Origin: Utricularia gibba
Taxonomy: Eukaryota; Plantae; Magnoliophyta
Assembly (NCBI GenBank): GCA_002189035.1
Contig: CM007991.1
Location: 3,844,001 to 3,908,000, forward strand
Direction of reading: 5' to 3'
DNA: 64,000 nucleotides
Shown: piece after piece, positions 37,174 through 51,151 of the stretch
Position numbering within the stretch: position 1 is the first letter of the stretch
Layout of the letters: every line of letters starts with the position of its first letter
Made by a program: the position numbers and the translations under genes
Notes under the pieces: generated by a model
The model's input: the letters and a program-made list of their open reading frames with translations, nothing else
The model's database searches: none
Told to the model about the DNA's origin: nothing

Positions 37174-38184
37174 CCTCTCGGATTTGATCGGAGAATAAAT
37201 ATTCAAAAAGAGGCGATTGAAAATTGAGATAGCAGGAGTTTTGAACTTCTTCCGTCCCCTTTCTCCCCCGCTGTGCTTTCGTACTCTCTTTCTTGTCTCT
37301 AACCATACAGCTGGCAGGGAGCGTTTGTATTTATATACGTTTGTGTTGATAGTTGTTCAATTATTATTATTTTATTACAATAAATAATTTCACATAATTC
37401 TTTGATTCTTTTTTTTTTATGGATACATAATTCTTCGATTCTATTTCAAAAATGATTAATTTACATTTTTAAAATGTGAAACAGTTATAAATTTTATTCC
37501 TTTGTAAATTAAAAATCATGATAATAATTTTTTAACATTACAAAAATATCATGACTATTAATTTTATTCCTTCTTTAAAAAAATCATGGAAAAATATTAT
37601 TTCAAGAAAAATAGGAGCAATGTTTTAAATTCGAAAAAAATTCAAATTTTGAATCGAGTTCAAAAATTGAAATTTGAGGGAAAAGATTAAATGTATGTTC
37701 CGCACACATTATTAAAATAGTTGTTTTAAAAAGTAAGAATGTGAACTAAAATAGAAATGTTAAATTAAATGAATTAGTGATACAACTTCAAAAAGATATT
37801 AGATAATAAGAAATATATTCTATTATAAAATGAGAAATTATTTTGTAATAATGTACAAATAACAATTTACACATAATATTTATCTTTTTAATTCTTCAAT
37901 AAATGAGACATTAATGAAAGAATTTGAAAAAAAATTAAAAGATGAAAAAATATACATATTATGAAAAAAAAATTAGAAATCAGAATAAATAAAATTATTC
38001 ATTTTGTATTCGTATGTTCTCTTTTTAACTAAGAGTTTATATTTAATTCTAAAAAAATAAAAAAATCACTGTGCTACATATAATTATTGATTTCCCATGT
38101 GATAATGATAAATGGAAATTAAAATGAGTGCAAAGATAAATTAAAATTTTAGAGAAATTTCAAAAAAAAAAAACTATTGATGTA

Positions 38185-38465
38185 GTATTTGATGGATGAG
38201 AATGAAACAAAATAAATTTAACAAATTTATTTGAATGTAAATAAAGGTGATGTAGATGAAATAATTTTTTAAGTAATGTTTAATTATTAGAATTAGAAAT
38301 TATATTATATGATTTTAAATAAAATAATAAAGGAATATAATTATAAATAATTTTATGTATAATAAATTAAAAAACTCATATGATCTCGAATTTATTAATA
38401 AAACATCCTATCATTTATAATTTTATTTTAAACTCATTTAATTTCATCAACCAAACACATTCTAA
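38185..38465. mobile_element. Possible degenerate Tourist-like MITE remnant
   Basis: GTATTTGATGGATGA near 38185 against the reverse complement of TCATCAACCAAACAC near 38444-38458: 12/15 match. AT-rich interior, no clean TSD. Confidence 0.25.
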
Positions 38466-38869
38466 CATTAATAAATGTTAATTTACTAACTATAAAAATC
38501 CAAAATTTTGTTCAAAAATTTTTTTTTTTTCAAGATAACCTGAAATTACGTCGAATAAATTTGGATGAAATTTAAAACATTGGAATTTCGATGATCCTAA
38601 ACAAATGTGAGATAGATTACATAGATGGGAGGAGAATAAGAAACAAATGAAGTGTAATAAAACAACGCCTATCCAAATTTCCTTCAGTTCTTTCTGTGGA
38701 TCACCCAACAAAAACCAGAAGCAGAGAGCCCCGTGCTTTGGAGCGCCAGGCAGGATGTTCATCTCCTCCCATGGCGTACCGGGAACGCAGCAATGCAGAT
38801 GAAAAACGAGGAGCTCGCCGCTTTATTGGCAAAGAATCAAGAAACAATGAATCACCACCGTCCGTTAAT

Positions 38870-41828
38870 CTAAACCTCCGGTCTTCTCCTCCCCGGTTCC
38901 TGATGACTCTCCGGTGGCTCGGGAAAAATCTCATTCGAATGCCGTCTGGATGAAGATCGACCGTTTCCGCTTTCGTGGGAGCCCCGTTCTCGGAAGCTGC
39001 CTCCTACTCCGCCTTCTACCGGGAGTGAACCTGAGGCGACCGCGGGAGGAGGAGGACCCACATCGGATGAGCTGCGCCGCCAGCTGCCGAAGAGGACTGC
39101 ATTCCAGGAGCTTCTGGAGGATGTAGCTCTGAGCCTCGCGGAGCTACTGTTTTCTTTGTCTTCTCTTACGACCTTGAGAGGATTCTCCAACGCTTTAAGA
39201 ATGTACCTCATGAGGGGCGGCGGCTGGGCCTGGGGTTCAGACAGGACCGAGCCACGATCGCCATTGCCCACACCTCCTCCAAATGATCCTCGTCTATGAT
39301 CAGCGACGGATCAAGGATGTTGGTGACGAGGTCCTTGTCGTAAATGCTGATGTTCGGCAAGGTCTCCTCCAAGAACTCCTTCATGACAGAGTCAGTGGAT
39401 GAGCTGATCCCGATCTTCCCTGTCACCAGCTCCAGCAGAACTTTTCCAAAACAATACACATCATAAGCACATGCTGCATTGCTGTTCCTGAAAAAGAAGA
39501 AGCAAAGGGATCATCAGTTTGAATCTAAACCGTGAGATGCAGCTCCTTGAATCAGGCATACCTGAGGTACCCCCTCCGATGTCCTGCATACAGAGAGCAA
39601 GAATGTGAGAAGCTCTTCTCAAGTGCATGAAAATGGTGTACGACAAAATGGAATACTCACTGTGGAAGACGCAGCAGCCTTGTGAACATCCTTTGATAAG
39701 TATCACCCTCATGATAGCAAACCTCACTCAAGCTTCCTAACCGCACCTCATACTTATCATCAAGAAGTATGCTGCTTGCTTGAATATCCCTTGACACACG
39801 AAAATGGAGACAAAAATCAGAACAACAGATGTGCGCTGGTGTTGTCGTGTTGTGATTTAAACAGGGCTATAGTCATCGGCACAGTTGAGATAGAAACCTG
39901 TGAACAAGAGGTGGGCTGCACTCATGGTGCAGGTACGAAAGAGCTTCTGCAGCTCCAATGGCAATTTTGAGCCTGGTAATCCAGTCCAGTGACTGTAAAG
40001 CATCATCTGCAGCCTTTGTTTTCTTGAACAAGGAACCAGCAAGATCCCCATACGGCATTTGCCTGTAGATAATGAATTTTTCATTCTCATTCTCTAAGCA
40101 ATGCCCCAAGAGAGGGACCAGTCTGGGATGGGAAACTTTGCTGAGAATTTCCAACTCTAGCTTGTAACTTTCCTTCTTAGCTGACGACCGCAAATCAATC
40201 CTTTTGATTATTACCGGAATCCCGCCATCGAGCTTTCCACTAAAGAGATCGCCTGAATGTCCATGCTTTATAAGATTCAACTCATTCAGCTCCCCTGTGG
40301 CTTGAATAATCTGCTGATACGTAAAAGCATCTCCAAGAGTGGAAAGGTCTACTGATACTCTGGGACCTGGAGAACTACCAGAAGGAACAGGCTCGGGATC
40401 ATTGCCTGTTGCAATGGCTTTCTGTTTCCTCTTGCAAAGCAAAGAAACGATGATTAGGGGGAGCACAATAAGAGCAACACATCCGAATACAGAAGCTAAA
40501 ATGATAGGTGTTCTGTGGCGGTTCCAGGAGGCGGAACGTGGTGCACCCAAAGACACTCCAAAGTTATCAAACACAAGGCGCCTTTCAGTATAAAATCTGG
40601 AGCAATCTGAAGCATTCCTCTGATCTGTTAAATTTCTGAGACAATTCTCAGCTAAGGATGCATTGCCATTTGCAGGAATAGGAACTATGCCTTGAAAGTA
40701 ATTCCTTGACAAGTCGATAAATGCAAACCTCCCTATCAAAGGTGTAAGACTTCCATATAACGCATTACCGGAAAGATTAAAAGAGGCAGTAGACAGATTA
40801 GTGTTGGAGCTCATGTTGGGTAGCAGGCCAGTGAAATTGTTGGATGATGCATCAAGGAATTGCAGTAAAGGCATTGACCACAAGACATCCGGAATGCCTC
40901 CATTGAAATTGTTATGACTCAAGACCAAGGACTGCAACTGATTCAAAGACTGAAAAATACTGTCTTGCAGCAACCCTGAAAAGAAATTGCTTCCAATATC
41001 CAGTCTCTTCAAGTTTCTCAAACCTGCTAATTCGGGAGGCATAGATCCAGAGAAGGAATTAAACCCAAGATCAAGTTCAAGCAAACTAACAAGCCCACCA
41101 AATGATGCAGGAATTGTTGACGACAAACTGTTCCCAGAAAGGTTCAGCGACCGCAACCTGGACAAAGACCCCAGGTCGGGGACAATCTCTTCCGACAGGA
41201 AATTCATGGACATATCCAGCACGGTAAGGTTACGAAGACTGCTGAATGTCGTTGGAATGGAGCCGGTAAGATAATTCTGCGAAAGATCAAGCACAGAAAG
41301 CCGAAATAGCTGGCCTAGACTGGGAGGAATTATGCCAGTAAGATTGTTATCAGACAAGTAAAGCTCAACTAAGCTACTCAAATTGCCGAGACTAGATGGA
41401 ATAGGACCATCTATGGAACAAGACCGAAGATCGAGCACTTGAAGTGAAGAAAGTTGCAATCCAAACCATAGAGGAACTTGCCCAGGCAGCAGAAAATGCG
41501 AAGCATTGAAGGATAGCAAATGCGGCAAATTTCGAAGGGAGTCCACTGAGAACTGAGGGTTCATCAATCCTAACCTCGTTCTCCTGAATCTTGAGATGTT
41601 GATCTCAGTAACATTGCCGTTTGTGCACCGGATTCCAACCCACGAGACACAAGGGTCGGATTTGATGGGCCAATCTCTTCCTCTCAACCCCAGCGTAGAT
41701 CTTAATCGAAGCAAAGCATATCTTTGTTGCCTTGATATCACGAATTGCTGCTGCAACGTATGACCAAACAGAAAGCAAAACAGAGTCAGCCACCAGATGA
41801 ACACTGCCCAGCGCCACCGGTCCATCAT
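38870..41828 (-). CDS. LRR receptor-like kinase, At2g16250-like (atypical kinase domain), 4 exons; one apparent 1-nt frameshift
   Basis: LRSTLGLRGRDWPIKSDPCVSWVGIRC; LRRs; TM domain; FTYQQIIQAT..LIKHGHSGDLF; SLDWITRLKIAIGAAEALSYLHHECSPPLVH|RDIQASSILLDDKYEVRLGSLSEV; AYDVYCFGKVLLELVTGK. Frame break at 39214-39217 within RRP(L)MRYILKALENP. Confidence 0.93.
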
Positions 41829-44800
41829 TTCTGCCGAAACTTCATTGAAACTTCCAGAAAAACGGCAATTCAAACAAGCAACCACACCTACTTCCGACCC
41901 ACATTTGACAAAAATCTTCACTACACCACACCAAATCACCCCCAAATCAGAGCAGTAAAACCTCCTTTTTTTTCTTACATCAGAATAAAATACGATAAAA
42001 ATGAAATCCTCGACTCATTCACCCCCATTTTCTGATCTCCCCTTGACAAACCAACGGATCAATCGAATCAAATGAGAGTTGAGTTACGAATCCAGATTCC
42101 TGGGTTTAGACCAAGAGAGAGGGGGGAGCGACAACGAATGAAAAAAACTACTACTGAAGACTGCACAATGCGCAGTAGAGATGATGACGATGGGATGCAA
42201 TAGAGAAAGAAAGAGCCCCTCGGTTTCTCTCTCCCCTAAAACAAACCCTACAGCGTAAAAAGGGAAAACCCGAACACAATATAGCCAAAAGGGAAGCTTT
42301 TTATCTTCTTCTTCCCCAGCTCCCTTCTCACCATAAACAAGACAAAAGCTTTTACACGGGTGCAGATGGGTCGGGTCATCCGAATCGGGTTCTTATGACT
42401 GCAACAAACGGCGGTGATGATGCTGTAGACGCCGCATTTTCCCCGACGGAAATCCTGCTTTGACGATTAATCATTCCCCATAATTGCTCTACTAATCCCT
42501 GATTTCTGACAGTAAAATATTGAGCTTTGATGAGCACTTCTAACCTTGTTCCGAGTCAAAGGCAATTTTAGATTTTGAATATCACGGTCCTAAAGAAATA
42601 TTCCCCATGTCTTTTTGTATATTTTAATATTTAGAATATGTTTAATAATATAATATAATTATACATTATATAATTATTATTTAAAATATGTTTGATATAT
42701 AACTTTCACAAATATGTATTTAACGTGCTATTATATTTAGTGAATATATTATTCAAAACAATTAAACAACAATAATTTAACAAAGAATATATGTTAATAA
42801 ATATGGTTAGAGTAGATTATACAATTATTTTTCTAAATCATTAATATATTGAAGATGAAGAATAAAGGTAATTTTCAATATACGTATATTTAAAAGCCCT
42901 ATCAACACGTAGGTCTTCATGTTAGCTTCAAATACTCAATTAATATACTTGTTGATGTTTTGACTATCCATTAAACATAATATATAAAAATTAATCTCGT
43001 TACGTCATATTTGTCTAAATTCAAATAAAATGAACCAAATACTCAATTACTATTCTTCGTATACGCAATCCGTATGAGACAAGTTTTAGGTGTTGGGGAG
43101 ACACGATCCGGTCCACCGTACCCCCTTGCTACCTAATTTGACCGATCTTACGTATGTTTAGAGACATGATAGTTATCTCTAAATCTAAGTATCCTCGTAT
43201 TTTTTTCACAAATATTAAATAAAAAATATTATATTAAAAATGATCAATTTTTTCATAAAGAATAATTATTTTTTGAGTCATAATGTTTGATATATTTTTA
43301 TTTTACGATCAAACATTTTAATTTGTATAAAATATAATCAAGAAGTTTATAAATGAACTCATTTTATGTCATTTCAATCAAAAAATCATTGAAACTAACT
43401 GTCACTTGTAATAATTTTCCACAATTTTTAATAATTGTGCTGAATTATGTGTACCAATATTAGTTATGACAGTTTTTTGGTCGAAATGTCATAAAAATGA
43501 GTTTATTGGTAAACTTATTGACTAAATTTCGTACAATTTAAAATGTTCGATTATAAAATAAAAATACATTAAACATTGTGATTTAAAAAACGATTTTTAC
43601 TTTTTTCATACACTAAACCGAATGAATATCCCCGTCCCCGCGCGCGCGCGCGCACACATTTCATCTTCTTGGTGTAGCGGTGGTGGTGTAATGAATACGG
43701 ATACGTGTCATTATTTTCGTGGAATTTTTAATTACCGGAAAGGAAATAAATGTGGGAAGAAGAGAAGGGGATTGGGCATGGGGGGGTGTGGTTTTGATGT
43801 ACTGCGAGTGCCTTCTTTTTCTCGGCGGGGCAGTTGGCGCCAGCCCCCATGTGTCCCAATTAAAATACAATACGACCCCGCCCAGACAAGGCCCCCGCAC
43901 CCACCACTCCAATTCCCAATTTCGAAATTTCCATTAAATTTTATTTTCTCGATTAAATTCCAAATCCAAAGTGTTTATCCGGAATCGCACATGCGGGGCA
44001 CATGCGTCTTCCTTGCTCACTCAAATGGTGTTTCGCTTGTGTTCTGCTTCGCCATCACCTCGCGCCTTCACCTAACACGCGCACATGGAAATGGAATGGA
44101 GGCATCTACCACAAAGAATATACGAAATATTAGTGTAAAAATGCAAGTGCAGGTGCAAAAACGCAATAGTACGCTTTTATTGTAAATAATTTCTTATTCC
44201 ATCATATTTACTTTCTTGATTGATTAGTATTTATTATGCGCTTCAAATTATGTAGAATAGAATCAATTTTGAGATTATTTGAATATAATTGATTTTGAAA
44301 TTATAAAACTAGTTTATAATAAAATTTAATATATTAAATTATTATATAATTTAATATTATAATATTAATATATTTTTAAAACACAGATAAAAAATAAAAA
44401 ATATAATTTTTAATTAATCGCTAAAACATGAATTCAATAAATTTAATAATTTAATTATAAAATCTTAATTTCATTTTTAAAAAGTAAATAGAATCATTTT
44501 AAAAAATTAATAACATCGAATAAATGCTTCTTTTCAAGATTTTATAAAAATTCTCTATAATTCTCAAGATGTGTTGTGAATGAAGTATTTAAAGGTACTT
44601 AAAGTGATAGGATTTAATAAACAGAATTTAGTTATTATAAACTGATCCCTAATTACATTAATCCCATGGTATCTCATACTCCAACAAACACATTGTGAAG
44701 GTATACCAATATTTTTTATTTTTTAATTACAAATACTCTGATAATAAGTATAAAATATTGAATCGCTTATTTAATTATATACATTTTGATATTATTCATA

Positions 44801-45207
44801 CATATATTCCAGTTATTTTATTTTTTATCAAGTAAAAAATAAATAATTATTTCTTATATAATACTTTATACAAAATACAATCATTTCAAATCAATTATTT
44901 TGCGGTTGAATGAGAGTAAAAAGTTCCTTTTAGGAAAAAAAAAATACTATAAAAAGGACCTTTTAAATTAGGGTCGTAGATTTGGGCCCACTGTCAAACC
45001 AGGCCCACTAAATTTGTCGGTAGTAGTTGCACTGAGAAGTGGACATTTGATATAGAAAAAATACAATAAAACGGACAAAATTTGTTTAATGGCCTCAAAC
45101 GGTAATAAGTACCTTGGAGTATTATCTGACTTGGTTCCTGTCGCGACATCATGCATTAGTCATAAAGAGGGAACCCATTTGTTTGGCAAAAAGGAAGGAA
45201 GGGCTCT

Positions 45208-45934
45208 TCAATCGGCTCGTGGACTGTTGGCAGGGGGTGTTTTCCCTCTGTACGTCTGTTGAAGAAAAGAGAAGCTTGGTATCAGAGGGATGGATGGCAG
45301 ATGCGAAAAACACAAGAAAGGGTAGGCATTAGGGGGTTGGAGTACCTGTTTCCCGAGGTTGAAAGGGATGTACTTGTACTTGATCATGTGCATGATCTGG
45401 CGCCTCATTGTGAGGACAAAGAGAACAATCCAGTAGAACAACAGCACGGGCCAAAAAACCGGAATGTCGAACATGGAAAAGAATGTCATCACGAATCCTA
45501 TGCATAAGGCTTTTGTAATGGCATACCTGTGAGGACACGAGCACTAGATAATGGTCATAGTTCCAGGGAAGGGGCCAGGAGTTGGATCATTACCAGAATC
45601 GGAATTCAGGGAGACGACGGATGAATGGCTTGAACTCATCAGAATCCTTGGTTGGAAGAATGGGGGCATCGCTTGATTCAAGCTCAGGGTCATCGAGGGG
45701 TGACAAGAATCCCATTAGTAAGTTGAGAATATAGATACCCAGTGCATAGGTGACAATGTAGAACCCTTGAATCCAGTAAACCCTGGTAGCATAAACCAAA
45801 ACTACCGCAAGAGTCCCAATCCATCGATATATTACGTGTGGAGTCGATTTATCCAGGTAGTATTGGAGGATTTTAGAGATGTCCTGCCTCCGTTGGTTCA
45901 GAGCTGCAGCAGGGCTTTTATCCACCGTCTCCAT
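45208..45934 (-). CDS. RER1: RER1 Golgi-to-ER retrieval receptor, 3 coding exons
   Basis: [56 protein letters not shown]; [36 protein letters not shown]. Confidence 0.96.
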
Positions 45935-46963
45935 TCACAGATTTGTTCAAGAATAGCCCACCCCTGAACATGAAAATGAGTATCAAACACAAACAAGGTA
46001 ATCAATTACTCAAAACAACCACAGCCAGCTCAGCCCACATGAAATCCCCAACCCTGACCGTACTGCGACTAAGCATAAATTAGGCATTCAACAAAATCCT
46101 TACCGAATCCATCTTCTTCACACCCAATCTGCAATTCATTGCACAAGATTAAATCCTCAAGCTTCAATTAAGAAATGCCGCAATGCAGCGTTCGCAAAAA
46201 CCAAACAATGAGCATAATCAATTCAGAAAACAACAATCTCCCGAAAATCAAGAAAACCAAATCCCAGATTCCTTAGGAAAAATCCCAGCATTATCGCTAG
46301 AAAAAAAAAAAAAAAACTAACCTAACTCACAACATTGCATTCAACCGATTCCGAGGGTTCGGAGAGCTCAACTGTTGAAAATCAAGATCAACGAAATCAA
46401 GGATTCAAGATGATAGTAGGCGCACGAAACGACTACGTTCGGCAACATTCTTCCTTTAGGGGTAGTTTCGTCCTTATATTTTTAATATTATTTTTATTCA
46501 AAACACTCAATTTTCAAAATGAATATAAAAAAGGTAAACAAATTGGCATTTCACATTAAAATCATCAAAATTCTCAACCTTCGCATCGCCGCTAGTTTTC
46601 CGAAGGTGACGTGGCATAATATTCTCCATTTCACAAAAAAGCCTTCCGGCGAGTGGAATCGAGGGAGCTGCGGTGGTCAACGGCGTTGTGTTTGAGAGAG
46701 AAGTGGTATGCTTGACTTCACCATAAGCCAGTTAAGGACGAATACGATTGGATGTTAGATTCAGCGTTTCCTTTTTCAATACCATAAGCGAAAATATGTC
46801 GAGTTTGTTGACACGAACCTGCGATCGTGATGTTTTTGTTCAATTCGAGAGGAATCCCGGATTTTTCTTGGTTTTATGCGTGTGCGTGTATTTCTGGGTT
46901 TTGTCGCTGATTTCAATATTGTGCTCGAATTTGGTGAAGGTATTTCAGCTAAGAAGTCGCTAG

Positions 46964-49112
46964 ATGGAACCAATTCGCAAACCTGGCAATTTTGAGAATT
47001 TTAGGGCAAAAGCTGCATTGTTTCCGGTGAAAGTTAAGTCTGCCGATGGCCATGGAAATGTTCTCTCAGCAAGTTTGATGTCCGAAAGGATGGCAGCGAG
47101 TGACTCAACTGGGATCCCAGATGTAACGAGATGCAACAGATTACTGAATGCTCAGGCTTTAAGTTACTGCACTGGCCAGGATAAGTCACTCAAGTTTCCC
47201 AATTTTACATTTCTACCAACTCAAGCCACATTTTTTGACCGAAGTGAATCTGGGAACTGTGATTTGGGAGCTAGGAAAAGATGTGCAACAACAGTGGATT
47301 TTCTAGCCGAAGTACCTGACGGATGCCAGAAGCTTTCTCATTCAGTGAGGAAACCAGATGCCAGTTCAGAAAAGGATCCGAGTATCTTTAGAATGATGCC
47401 ACAACTTCAAATTTGTGGGAACAAGCGTAGCCATACACAGAGCACATCATTGTTTTTTGTTCAAAGAAATACAGGGATCCAGGTTAAGGAAATGAATACT
47501 GGCCCAAGTGAAGGAACCAGAAACTTTCAGCATATTGGATCTTCTAGGTTCACTGTATGTAATAAGATATCCGCAGCATATGTTTTGGCTGAGGAAAAGT
47601 TAACCGCAGGTATTTGTTTAACGCAAGCTCTTGATTTGCTGTGGAGGCTTGGTTATCTTTTTGGCCTTACTACCCTACTTTGAAGAGAGGGTTGGGGTTC
47701 ATACCAGGGGCGTGGTGTTTTGATTCTTGATTTGTTGCTTTTAAGCATTTTCATTGCTGTTTGTGTGCACCCCTGTGTGTTCTTTTCCGGTGAGACGGAT
47801 TTCTAGTGATCATCTTCTTGTCTCTTTCCTGTAGGTGCAACCTATGCTGCTTCAGATAAGGTAATCCTCCGCTTGTTTTCAAGGAGCTTTATCAGTCCTT
47901 CTTGCATGGTTGAGGTATCGCCAAAATGAGCTCTTCTTGATGCATCCAGCCGCTGCTGTTTAGACTCTGTTTCATATATATTCTTATTTATTTTTATTTT
48001 TTAAATAATGAATTAATAATAATATAGTTATTTCTCATTTTTCAGATGAGAATATAAAATTATTATTTTAAAAATAACACATAAATGTAAAATAAATCAT
48101 TTTATTTTGTTCTAACTTTTCGTTTTAATTCTAATAATTTATTTCTTCAAACTCCTTTTCCATTTTTTATTTCTTGGTTTCTGAGGAATTAAAAGTCAAA
48201 TGCATTGTATGAACTATTATTATATATTATTGTAAAATAGTTTATTATTTTTCATTATAATATATTTTCTATTTTATAATCCCCTTTTAAAATTTCATAA
48301 TATGGATTCATTTCATTTATCATTCTTATTTTAATTCATATTCTTATTTTCTGAAAATTAATCTTGAGAATGTATAAGGCACATGCACTTAGTGTTTAGT
48401 ATACTTGCATTTCTACATTTAAAGTGTGCTTGCGTAGAAACATTAGCATTGTCCTGATAATTCATTGGTGCATTTCATGTTACAGGGCAACAATAACCCC
48501 ATAGGTTCATCATCTGAAAATAAACTGAAATCCTTTGGAGAAACTGGCATTCCATGGAAGGAAGCTGCCAATAAGCAGCTTGTTGCGTTGCCAATTCCTG
48601 CAAGTTCTGCAAGCAGCAGGTCGGCAACATCCTCTAGAGCCCGGAAAGTACATGTTCTAGAGCTGCCTTTTCCAAAATCCTGCTTCTTGGAGGATGATTA
48701 CGGTGAGCAGAGATGGGTCAAGCGCCTCAAGCCGTCCTCGAGCTCACCGGTTTGGAAGACACCGAGGTTACCAGAAGGCTACTTTTCTAACAAAACCTGG
48801 AAAGTTTTCAGAAGAAGTATGGATCACAGCAGTGCATGTCACTCAGAGTCGTCTGTTTCATAGCGCCATGGTAAAGGGACAACTCTGAATGGTCGGATTC
48901 TCGAGGGTTCAAAAGTTGTGGCAGGGACTGGTGGTGATGATAAGAACGAGCAAGAGATCGCGTTCTCACATTTTTGGATCAAAAGATTCCGAAGGAATGA
49001 GCTTGGCAGGAAACAGTTCTCCAGCATCGCGGCAATGGTGGTTGTGGGACGAACCACGAACGGCTGGGGGTCATGTGGGCTCCGAAAGATGGGATCTATC
49101 ACTATTTGGTAA
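46964..49112 (+). CDS. PCH1/PCHL-like phytochrome B-binding protein (At2g16365-like) with an in-frame premature TAG; possible pseudogene
   Basis: Exons 46964-47609 (phase 1), 47835-47860 (26 nt) and 48486-49112 join in frame at canonical sites. Motifs QRWVKRLK, HFWIKRF and C-terminal SSIAAMVVVGR..GSCGLRKMGSITIW resemble recalled PCH1 motifs. It lies next to RPS25, as I recall for Arabidopsis PCH1/PCHL. TAG at 48861-48863. Confidence 0.65.
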
Positions 49113-49488
49113 ACAAATGCCCTTCTGAAAAGGCATGTTTCTGATTGATTGATGGCCGCATTGCACCAGTGAAGGCACACTTGGTTCTAGTAGTATAAGA
49201 GTGTTCAGATGAACGCCAATTTTGGTATTGAAAGTTTGGAACACAATTTGGACTGAGTCTTGATACAAACACAAGGAGTGCAACCATTGTTGTTCTGGTT
49301 TTTGAGTTTGTTGTTTCCATGGAGGGGGGTAACAAGCTCGGGCACCACGAAGGGAGAACATAATTTGAACAAAAATCATCCAACAAGAAGCAGGAAATTG
49401 ACACATGCGTGAAAGGTTCAAACGCAGGAAATCAGAATACAAAAGAACAAGGAATCTAGAAGTGACACAATCACCTAACCGGATGGCA

Positions 49489-50446
<958 letters not shown>

Positions 50447-50502
50447 TATCGATTTCCGGAAGCCAAAGATTAGGATCTGCCCGATGAATCCAGTTGGAGA
50501 GC

Positions 50503-51015
50503 TAGGGTTTTTAACTGCAGCAGGAGACGGCGGCACTGAACATTGGGCCAACTTTTGAAGAACAGGCCCAAACGATTGTGGTTTTAAACCAGAGCCCATG
50601 TTAAAAAAAAATACATTTTGCTTCCTCAAAACTTTTGCAAATGAAAAATCATCAGATTTTTTTTTTTTTTGCATTGTTGTCTATTTATAATCGAAATATA
50701 TAGTACAAAAATCACAATCAACTTGATATAATTATTAAATAAAACATTAAAATTCTATAATTGCAGATACGTGTCATTTTATTATCACATGCAACCATTA
50801 CGTTTGCTAAGGCATCCAATATGATTTTAAAATATATTAATTATGAAATTACGTATTTTAATATATTTTAAAATGGATTTGTAAGACATAATTTTAGAAA
50901 ATTGATTATAAATTTTTTTATGCATAAAATGAATCAAATTAAAAACAAGAATTAACGAATCAAATAATCCAATTAAAATAAATTTTTTTATATTCCATGG
51001 TTTGGGCTTAGCCCA
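50503..51015. promoter_or_regulatory. Divergent RPS25/RBM28 promoter region with telo-box and site II elements
   Basis: TAGGGTTT 50503-50510; TGGGCC 50544-50549; GGCCCA 50565-50570; AGCCCA 50593-50598; TGGGCT 51003-51008; AGCCCA 51010-51015. Confidence 0.7.
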
Positions 51016-51151
51016 ATTAGTTCATCCGGAAACAAAAACCCAACATAAACCTCTCGTAGCTGCAAAAGCCTGTCGCTAGGAACTTCTGTTGACGAGAGTC
51101 GGAAGCAACGCGAGGCCGCCACTGGTTCACCTTCTGTTTGCGTTTTTTGCC

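Noticed and set aside
43622-44185. 187-aa ORF
   Set aside because: No recognisable domain and no gene-like context. Better explained as an open frame across a GC-rich regulatory island.
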